In this document: piece after piece, positions 28,001 through 37,149 of the stretch
How the letters are laid out: the number at the start of each line of letters is the position of its first letter
How positions within the stretch are numbered: position 1 is the first letter of the stretch
Source of the DNA: Macrostomum lignano
Lineage: Eukaryota
Assembly: GCA_002269645.1 (NCBI GenBank)
Contig: NIVC01003244.1
Location: forward strand, 62,001-126,000
DNA: 64,000 nucleotides
Direction: 5' to 3'
Notes under the pieces: model-generated
The model's input: only the letters and a program-made list of their open reading frames with translations
Told to the model about the DNA's origin: nothing
The model's database searches: none
Position numbers and translations under genes: made by a program

Positions 28001-29260
28001 TCGTCCCTTGCTTATTGGCCACCCCGAAGGGGGGCGCTAGATTGCTAGTAAATGCACTATAGATACAAAAATACGCTCGTACCGTCTTCTACACCTTTTT
28101 GCGTTCTATTTCGACAAACTGCATTCAATTTCGGCAACTCGAGTTTCTATTTAGACAAACTGATATTCAAATTCGGCAAACTGCATTCAATTTCGGCATC
28201 GTATATTCAATTTCGGCAGCCAGAGCCTCGTGCCACAGACTGTCTATGGAAATAAGCGCATCTAAACCCAAAACTGATTTTCAATTTCGGCAAAATGCAC
28301 TTAATTTCTACAGCGCCAATCTAAAAGGGGAATAAATACAAAAAGAGGACTTAAGACTGCACAAGTACTGCATTTGGAGTACAGTTAAGGTGTAGTTGAA
28401 TGTGTATCACTTGTGCACGAATACTATGTACATTACTGTGCAATTGTTTCTGGCTATGCACTTTGTTCCTTCGCGCGCTATTGCTTGCTGATGAGTGCAC
28501 GGGTTTTTGCGCGTTCAATTACACCTTAACTGTACTCCAAAATGCAGTACTTGTTCAGAATCTAAGAAATCCCTGTCTTCTGTCTTTATTCCCTTCTTAG
28601 ATTGGCGCTGTCGAAATTGAATATACGATGCCGAAATTGAATGCAGTTTTATCGAAATAGAAACCAAGTGCAGCTGCTTCAGTTGCTCATGATGATTACA
28701 GTAGGCTAGTTAAGGCTAAGAGATTGAGATTTAGTGTACAGACAGAGCTTCAATGATTTGATGAGTTTGAAATCAGACTTGCAACTATTTTTCAATTATT
28801 TTCAAGCACTTTCAAGTAGGTAGAGGTTGTAGGCTAGTGGTTCGAGCGTCGGACTCACGACTGAAAGGTCGGAGGTTCGATTCCCGATCCACTCGGAACA
28901 ATTTGGTTTTGGTTTTGGATTCAACCTCTTTTGCAAGCTGAGGGCTTGAGTCTGTGGCCCATGGTTAGAAACGCACAGAAGTCGTTCAACACAATGCCCC
29001 CCTTCCGTATTGCAGATGAGAACTTGTTTGTCCTTGGAAACCGAACCTTGGTCAGCATCGACAAACCAAATACGCCAGAATTCTCCACCTTCAGCGCCCC
29101 TAATCGAAGCGAGTGCGTGTTCATGTGCGTCCTCCAAGGCGCCGCCTGTCAGGCGCTGATCTTCAGCCAGCAGCAGGGCCAGTGCCACCTGCTGGAGTAT
29201 GCCGTAGTCCCGCTCGCTCTCAGCAGTGCCAGCAGCGGCGATTTCTTTGTCCGTGGCTGA
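25011..29260 (+). CDS. Secreted WSC-domain plus PAN/apple-like protein, ~250 aa (exons 25011-25440, 28938-29260)
   Basis: Signal-like MMSLHRIFPILSSLICVTLC; WSC motif LGCFVD..MTHELCGTIC..LQGENWCSCGN..CWDTCIGNRAQNCGG. Phase-1 GTAAGT donor at 25441 and acceptor at 28937. Exon 2 has ECVFMC..CQALIF..CHL (PAN-like). Confidence 0.8.
25832..26324 (+). mobile_element. Degenerate Tc1/mariner transposase remnant between 16-bp inverted repeats
   Basis: WPSRSPDMNSIEYVWAFLKR at 25998 and MPRQVSGLLDARG downstream, with frameshifts and stops. Inverted repeats TTTGGGCCATAGACAA (25832-25847) and TTGTCTATGGCCCAAA (26309-26324); no TSD found. Confidence 0.75.
26505..27320. repeat. Minisatellite, 24 bp (TAAACCAAGGATTACTGCACTTGA)
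   Basis: Direct reading. Confidence 0.95.
28090..28666. mobile_element. Foldback / long inverted-repeat element
   Basis: 28182-28215 is the exact reverse complement of 28612-28645; 28311-28400 pairs imperfectly with 28514-28610; internal TTCAATTTCGGCA subrepeats. Confidence 0.7.
28824..28890 (+). other. tRNA-like fragment (SINE head or tRNA-Val(CAC) pseudogene)
   Basis: A-box-like TAGGCTAGTGG, CTCACGA loop and a perfect B-box GGTTCGATTCC; acceptor and anticodon stems incomplete. Confidence 0.5.
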
Positions 29261-29321
29261 TCGAGACAAACATATCTGAAATTTAGAAAAACAGTGTGAA
29301 TGTGCTTGTATCCGTCTATCT

Positions 29322-29993
29322 CAGGGGTCGGCAAACCTTTTTTATCTCGTGGGCCAAAATAGGGAATCTAATGCAGCATGACTGCGGGTCAGAAGAGGGA
29401 AGAGAGGAAAGGTTCAGGGGGAAGAGGAGAGGAGACGAGAGGAGAGGAGAGGAGAGCAGAGAGGAGAGAAGAGCAGAGAATAGGAAAGGAGAGGAGAGGA
29501 GAGGAGAGGAGAGCAGAGCAAAGGAGAGGAGAGGAGAGCAGAGCAGAGCAGAGGAGAGCAGAGCAGAGCAGAGTAGAGGAGAGGAGAGGAGAGGAGAGGA
29601 GAGGAGAGCAGAGGAGAGGAGAGCAGAGGAGAGGAGAGGAGAGGAGAGGAGAGGAGAGGAGAGCAGATGAGAGGAGAGGAGAGGAGAGGAGAGGAGAGGA
29701 GAGGAGAGCAGAGCAGAGCAGAGGAAGAGGAGAGGAGAGGAGAGCAGAGCAGAGGAGAGCAGAGGAGAGGAGAGGAGAGCAGAGCAGAGCAGAGGAAGAG
29801 GAGAAGAGAGCAGAGGAGAGGAGAGCAGAGGAGAGGAGAGCAGAGGAGAGGAGAGGAGAGGAGAAGAGATTTAAGAGAAGATAGGAGATTAGAGAGAAGA
29901 GCGCTGAGAAGAGACACAAACCTTGAGCAAACCGGTTTGCAACTCGCACTTTGAAATTTTAAATTTTAGCGGGCTGGAGTTTGCCGACCCCTG
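29322..29993. mobile_element. hAT/Charlie-type MITE filled with (GAGAG/GAGCA)n simple repeat
   Basis: Perfect 15-bp TIRs CAGGGGTCGGCAAAC / GTTTGCCGACCCCTG; only a 5-bp flanking duplication (TATCT) is visible. Confidence 0.8.
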
Positions 29994-30319
29994 TATCTGC
30001 CTACCTTTACTTACGACGTATTGAGATTACTTTAATCGGACAAATTAAATATACGCTAGCAAAGAAAGAGCAGTACTGTGACATCGCCCTTGACGATGTC
30101 TGCACTCGGCTGTCTTCCTCGTGCATGTAATTGTTCTTTAAAATGAAAATATAACAAACTACTAAAAATCATACACGCTTTGTGAAATGTTATAATTCAA
30201 GCTACATGTAGAAGCGGTTCAGTTTATTTTACTGATTAACCTTCAGCACTGCATAAATTAACAATTGAGACTAATTCTTATATTATTTTGACACTCCTGA
30301 TGGGGTAAAACTCCACTTG

Positions 30320-31430
30320 CCACTCCTCCCGATAGGTTTATCGCTCCTCCCGATGGGTTATCGCTCCTCCCGATGGGTTATCGCTCCTCCCGATGGGTTA
30401 TCGCTCCTCCCGATGGGTTATCGCTCCTCCCGATGGGTTATCGCTCCTCCCGATGGGTTATCGCTCCTCCTGATAGCTACGAGCTTAGGTTATCGTTCCT
30501 CCCGATGGGTTATCTCTCCTCCCGATAGCTAGGTTATCGCTCCTCCAGATGGGTTATCGTTCCTCCCGATAGCTAGGTTATCGCTCCTCCAGATGGGTTA
30601 TCGTTCCTCCCGATGGGTTATCGCTCCTCCCGATAGGTTATCGCTCCTCCCGATGGGTTATCGCTCCTCCCGATGGGTTATCGCTCCTCCTGATAGCTAC
30701 GAGCTTAGGTTATCGTTCCTCCCGATGGGTTATCTCTCCTCCCGATAGCTAGGTTATCGCTCCTCCAGATGGGTTATCGTTCCTCCCGATAGCTAGGTTA
30801 TCGCTCCTCCAGATGGGTTATCGTTCCTTCCGATGGGTTATCGCTCCTCCCGATAGGTTATCGCTCCTCCCGATAGGTTATCGCTCCTCCCGATGGGTTA
30901 TCGCTCCTCCCGATAGGTTATCGCTCCTCCCAATGGGTTATCGCTCCTCCCGATAGGTTATCGCTCCTCCCGATAGGTTATCGCTCCTCCAGATAGGTTA
31001 TCGCTCCTCCCGATGGGTTATCGCTCCTCCCGATGGGTTATCGTTCCTCCCGATGGGTTATCGTTCCTCCCGATAGCTAGGTTATCGCTCCTCCAGATGG
31101 GTTATCGTTCCTCCCGATGGGTTATCGTTCCTCCCGATGGGTTATCGTTCCTCCCGATAGCTAGGTTATCGCTCCTCCAGATGGGTTATCGTTCCTCCCG
31201 ATGGGTTATCGTTCCTCCCGATGGGTTATCGTTCCTCCAGATAGGTTATCGCTCCTCCCGATGGGTTATCGCTCCTCCCGATAGGTTATCGCTCCTCCCG
31301 ATGGGTTATCGCTCCTCCCGATAGGTTATCGCTCCTCCCCATGGGTTATCGTTTCTCTCGATGGGTTGACTCCTCCCGATGGGTTATCGCTCTTTTCGAT
31401 GGGTTTTACTCCTCCTGATGGGTTGCCACT
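30320..31430. repeat. Minisatellite, 20 bp (GATGGGTTATCGCTCCTCCC)
   Basis: Direct reading. Confidence 0.95.
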
Positions 31431-31835
31431 TCTCAAATCGGGTAGTTGCAATTTTTGTCATATGGAAAATCCTTAAGATTAAGCAATACGGCTAATAATG
31501 CTATCAAACTTCATCGTTCGTACAGAAAAAATGGACCAATCCATTGAGTTGGCGCGTGTGTATTTTGCTTCCTGCTGCTGTTATGAACAGGAAAAATGAC
31601 ATTCTGCAGTGAATTGCAGTTGAGCAAAATAGAAAAATGAAAAAAACACATCAACTTCATTTCGAAAATTTTTACAAGCGAGAAAAAATCGGATTGAAAA
31701 AATGTCTCGACACTTCGGGTTTCTGACAGTTGAATGAGCGTCGTCTGTGTGTGTTTTACATCGCCAACAAATTGCGCTGCGGCTGTACAGTTTGGTGAAA
31801 AATGTGTACATGGTAGATGGCAGCGTCAGTCATCA

Positions 31836-32267
31836 TCAGCAGTAGTCGCCGCAGCGGCTGTAGCCGCAGCTGTACCTGTCGTGGCATAGTTGCGCAATCT
31901 GTTGATCGTCTCGCTGATCCATCAGCTCGCAGCAGCGTCGTTTCCATTCGCGCGCCTGCTCCCGCCATCTGATGGCTTCCGCTTTCCACTGGCGCACCAG
32001 TTCGCGCGTTCTCAGCGCCTCTGTGCGCCAGCCGATTAGGGCGCCTCTCGCTTTTGCTAATTCGGCCTGCACTATGCCGGTCTGTTGGCGCCAATGGTTG
32101 GCGCTGCGAGTCATGTCGCAGAGCTGCTTCTGCAGGCGCAGGGCCTCGGAGCGCCACTTTTCGCGGCTTCGCTTCCAACGGTGGATGCAGTCTTTCCAGT
32201 TCACGCTGACCAGATCCTGTTGCTGCTGCTGCTGTTGCCAGTCAGCGCTGCAAGCGTTATTGAACAT
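31836..32267 (-). CDS. Intronless 143-aa coiled-coil protein with Trp in strict heptad register
   Basis: ATG-initiated, GC-rich ORF in AT-rich flanks; non-repetitive DNA; nine Trp all at positions 3 mod 7; poly-Q N-terminus and Cys/Tyr-rich C-terminus. Confidence 0.7.
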   Translation of the reverse strand: MFNNACSADWQQQQQQQDLVSVNWKDCIHRWKRSREKWRSEALRLQKQLCDMTRSANHWRQQTGIVQAELAKARGALIGWRTEALRTRELVRQWKAEAIRWREQAREWKRRCCELMDQRDDQQIAQLCHDRYSCGYSRCGDYC

Positions 32268-32782
32268 TTCCGGCGAAGGCTTAAGGCGGGCTGCTCCTTG
32301 TGCAAAAAAAACTGAGTCAAATTGCCGAATTCACTTCTAGATGGCTGCTTTCTCTTTTAGTGGCTACACAGACTCAAGCAGCCGTAACTATAGGCCTATA
32401 TTTGTGCGCCTACTTTTGACCATAGACAAAATAAACAGTGAGGCTCGGTAGACCATAAAACATTATATAGTATTTTTGTTGAGTACTTTTTTTGAAAAGT
32501 TCAAGTTCAAACCATAGACAATGAATGCAATAAAGATATATTTATGCATCTATCCACTACTACACAATATGAAAATTTGCGACAGCAGTTTTGCCGAAAT
32601 TACACTATACAGCTGTTAGTAGCTTTAAACCGGGGGAAATATCAGAGTTAGAGGTTAGGTAGAGACTTTGTGGATTTGTATAAAAGTAGAAAGCAGGAAA
32701 AGTTACGTACATTGAGCTATGTACATTCATCTCGTGCTCATCAAATATGACTTGCAAATTTTTATCATGTGCGTACGCGTTT

Positions 32783-33140
32783 TTTTTTAGAGGCAGGAGG
32801 GTTGTGTGCACCCTGGCGCACTTTAAGCGACATAGGCACACAACCGGCGAGAGGCATTACTGCCCATTCCGCCGACTCCCCTGAGCAGGCATACAAGCGC
32901 GCGGATACGTACGCAGGCACACACTCACGCAAGAGTGTACAGCGGCCCTAACTTTATATTATCGTTAGGCATGTACACTTCAATGCGCCTTGGGGGGTTG
33001 GCTCTCAAGGCCGTTAATTGCACGAGCAGAGCCAAACCGAGATTCCAATTCAGCCCCAAATTAATGTGACTGCACTTGGAATCGAGCCTGGGTCGCTGGC
33101 ACACCAGAGCAGCTGCGCTACCGCTGGGCTACGGCCCCCC
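32783..33140 (-). mobile_element. Full-length tRNA-derived SINE
   Basis: A box TAGCCCAGCGG (33131-33121), B-box-like GGCTCGATTCC (33088-33078), A-tail, and a 13-bp TSD TGCGTACGCGTTT at 32770-32782 and 33141-33153. Confidence 0.85.
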
Positions 33141-33706
33141 TGCGTACGCGTTTATTTTAGTGTACATCTCACAGCCAAACCGCCCGTTTTATTGTCATAT
33201 GCTCATAATTCAATCATTAATAATTAATTACAACCATTAATTAACCATAATCATTAATCAAGTTTTAATTTTTTTCAGCACAAAAATTGTTATTGCTTTT
33301 GATAGGAGACAGATCCAGTGTTCATCTTTTGATATGTTGTGCCTTTCTTATTGCTCTATCGATATTCATAAAGCTTTGTGTTCAGAAATAGTTTTAAAGG
33401 CAGGTTTCACCGGAAAAATACACTACGGAGATAGGAATTTCACGATTTTCAACACTAAAACAGTGATAGGGTCTCTTAACAGTGTCAGAGAAAGTCCTAA
33501 TCACACTATTTTGTGCCTCACATGCTGCTCTAACGACGCATTAATCGCGATTTTTCATGGTAAAATGAAAGGTTTGTGCTTTGATTCATGCAATTAATAA
33601 GTTAAAGATTAGGTATGCGATTTTGGGCACGACAAATCCTCAGCGTCGATTCTCAGATCCACACAGCCCAGATAATATTTATTTCGGGCAAGGAGTGGTG
33701 ACTCTT

Positions 33707-34040
33707 TCGATGGGTTGGGCTGCCACTCTTCTGGATGGGTTGCCACTCTTCTGGATTGGCTGCCACTCTTCTGGATGTGTTGCCACTCTTCTGGATGGGT
33801 TGCCACTCTTCTGGGTGGGTTGTCACTCTTCTGGATGGGTTGCCACTCTTCTGGATGGGTTGCCACTCCTTCCGATGGGTTTCCACTCCTTCCGATGGGT
33901 TTCCACTCCTTCCGATGGGTTTCCACTCCTTCCGATGGGTTTCCACTCCTTCCGATGGGTTTCCACTCCTTCCGATGGGTTTCCACTCCTTCCGATGGGT
34001 TTCCACTCCTTCCGATGGGTTTCCACTCCTTCCGATGGGC
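33707..34040. repeat. 20-bp minisatellite (GATGGGTTGCCACTCTTCTG then GATGGGTTTCCACTCCTTCC)
   Basis: Direct reading. Confidence 0.95.
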
Positions 34041-34089
34041 TGCCAATCCTAAGCTTTCTCCATCAATCGTTCTTAACCATGATTAACAG

Positions 34090-36498
34090 ACTTGGTCGCA
34101 TTGCTCCTACTGGTTTTCATGACAACGACATGCTGCGAAGCCAGCTTAGTGTCGCTGACACCGCAACAAAAGCAAGCCATTGTGGACGCTCACAATAAGC
34201 TGAGATCGCAAACAGCTAAAGGACAGACCGCTGGTCAGCCGCCTGCGGCAGACATGGCGGAGCTGGTAATTGTTGCTACAGCAAAATGCATTTGCAAAAT
34301 TAGTTCTTTCAGCACAAAATCATATTAACAATACTGCATTTTCTGAACTTCTTTATATTGCAAATGAAGCAAGCCAGAAAAGAATAGTGGCAACCCTTCC
34401 TATGGGCTGCTTCTTCTAGATGGGTTGTCTCTCATTAAGATGGATTGCCACTCCTCTAGATTGGTTTTGACCTCTTTCAATGGGTTGCCACTGTTATAGA
34501 TGGGTTGCCACTCTTCTAAATGGGCTGCCACTCTTCAAGATGGGTTGTTACTCTTTTAGATGGGTTGTCACTCTTCTAGATGGGTTGTCACTCTTCTTGA
34601 TGGGTTTCACGATCCTAGATGGGTTGTCACTCTTCTAGATGGATTGTCACGATCCTAGATGGGTTGTCACTCTTCTAGATGGGTTGTCACTCTTCCAGAT
34701 TGGTTGTCACTCTTCTAGATGGGTTATCACTCTTCTAGATGGGTTGTCACTTTTCTAGATGGTTTGTCACTTTTCTAAATGGGTTTTCACTCTTTTAAAT
34801 GCGTTGTCACTCTTCAAGATGGGTTGTAACTCTTCTAGATGGGTAGTCACTCTTCTAGATGGGTTGTCACTCTTCTAGATGGGTTGTCACTCTTCCAGAT
34901 TGGTTGTCACTCTTCTAGATGGGTTGTCACTCTTCTAGATGGGTTGTCACTTTTCTAGATGGGTTGTCACTTTTCTAAATGGGTTTTCACTCTTTTAAAT
35001 GAGTTGTCACTCTTCTAAATGGGTTACCACTCTTCTAAATGGGCTGCCACTCTTCAAGATGGGTTGTTACTCTTTTAGATGGGTTGTCACTCTTCTAGAT
35101 GGGTTGTCACTCTTCTAGATGGGTTGTCACTCTTCTAGATGGGTTGTCACTTTTCTTGATGGGTTTCACGATCCTAGATGGGTTGTCACTCTTCTAGATG
35201 GATTATCACGATCCTAGATGGGTTGTCACTCTTCTAGATGGGTTGTCACGATCCTAGATGGGTTGCCACTCCTCTAGATGGGTTGCCACTCCTACCGATG
35301 CACACAAATGCCACTTCTCTAAATATGGTTCGCCAACCCCCAAGTCTATTAAACTGTTGCTGTTTTCATTTCCAATTAATCGAAAATGGTCTGGGACGAC
35401 AGGCTCATGGCCAGCGCCAACAAATGGGTGCAGAAGTGCCGGGCTGGTCTCGAGTCAGCGGCGGACAGAAAGTTGCCCCCATTCGGCTGGGTCGGACAGA
35501 ACTGGGCTGGCGGAAGAAGTGACGACTTTACAAGGTAAATATGTTGTCGCATTGCGCTAAACCCTAATCCCTAAACCCTATCATACATATAAAGCCACGG
35601 GCCAAGCATCAAAGGGAGAGTTAGGGTTATGCTATGGCTTAAAGGGATTTGGTATCAAAGTTAACATCGGCTGAATATCTTATAACTTAGATAGGCTATA
35701 GGTTTAGTAGCAGGGGCGTCGCCACCGGGGGGGACAGGATCCCCCCAGAAACGTTATGGGTGGGGGACATATTCTAAGGCTTTGTCCCCTACCCCACTTT
35801 TGTTGACCTGGAAATCAATAATTTTGCTTCAGGGCGACAAAACAGCGCCTGCGGCGCTAAAATGATCGCTGACAATACCGATTCTGAAAATAATGTACAT
35901 GTAGAATTTTAATAATGTACATGCACATGTAGAATTTTAGCTTTGTCCCCTTCAACATTAAATCCATAGCGACGCTCCTGGTTAGTAGGTTATAGGTTAT
36001 AGGTTAGATAATATAGGTTGGATTGCTGGCCTTCAGGGCTTTGCTTTGTAGTGTTAAAAAATTCCCTCGTAGCTTCTCTGTAACGTCAACAACGATTATA
36101 GTTATATAAAAAATAAGCATTCAATTCGATTTCAGCAACGTGCAGTTGTGGTTTGACGAGTACAAAGACTACAACTACAATAGTAAGAGCTGTAGAAAAG
36201 TGTGCGGTCATTACACTCAGATGGTATGGGACAAGACCACCTTAATTGGTTGCGGGGTGGCCAGGTGCGGCAAGTACCCCACCACATGGTGTGCAACTAT
36301 GCCACAGGCGGCAACTTCAACAACCTGCAGCTCCCCTACTTGCAAGGTGCCGCCGGCAGCAAATGCAAAAGCGGCAGCAGGAGCGGTCTGTGCTTAGAAA
36401 CATCCGTGAACAAAGATTATCTTGTTAAAACAAATAAATTCGCTTGCTGGGTGAACTATAATAAAGATTTATGTCTGAAATATTTTCTATTACTGTAA
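34090..36498 (+). CDS. CAP/SCP (venom allergen-like/CRISP) secreted protein (exons 34090-34265, 35389-35534, 36136-36498; start exon unresolved)
   Basis: [19 protein letters not shown]|[30 protein letters not shown]. One missing C in the homopolymer at ~36276-36280 shifts the frame, and the expected exon-2 acceptor reads TG instead of AG: either assembly errors or a pseudogene. Confidence 0.8.
34400..35300. repeat. 20-bp minisatellite (GATGGGTTGTCACTCTTCTA) in the CAP gene intron
   Basis: Direct reading. Confidence 0.95.
35711..35980. mobile_element. hAT-type MITE
   Basis: TIRs CAGGGGCGTCGC / GCGACGCTCCTG (11/12); 8-bp TSD TTTAGTAG / GTTAGTAG (7/8). Confidence 0.75.
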
Positions 36499-37149
36499 TT
36501 TAAAGTCACAATTATAAATCGTTAGAAGGGTTTGCACAAGAATACACAAGGCCAATAAGATTTAAAATAGGCTAAATTGAAAACCTTTTTACGAGCTCGT
36601 CAATGTGTATATTTTTTAATCAGTAAATTTTGTTAATGTAACAAACCGCATTTAAAAAATTCGGTTAAAAATCGTGAGTAGTTATAAACTTTTGTTATAA
36701 ACAGGGATAAATTTTAGCGTCGCTCTTGAACATCAGACTAAGGTCGGAATATCTACAAAAGCAGATACAAAATATGGCAATAGTCAAAATTTGAATTTGA
36801 ATTTGAATGCTGAATAAATATTTTAAGCAACTTCTGACGCGTAACAATAGCTAAGCTATAGAAACCAAAAATAAAACGAAAATTAACGGAGTGAGCTAAA
36901 ATTTGAACTAAGCATCGATTGAACTATTCAATAAACTTAACTCTGATACAAATATACAAAGACTTATATAGTGAAAAAAACATGCTCGTAGTTAAAGCTA
37001 GCTGTTGCAGCTATGAACAAAAATTAAAAAAATATAGATTAACAAATTCGGGAGTAAAGTTTCGAGTAAGTAGATATGAATATAAAAAATTGTCAATAAA
37101 AATCCTTTGGCAGAGTAATTTTGAAATGTTTTGTTAATATATAGCAATC

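Noticed and set aside
35556-35582. Telomere-like CCCTAA repeats
   Set aside because: Only two or three degenerate units.
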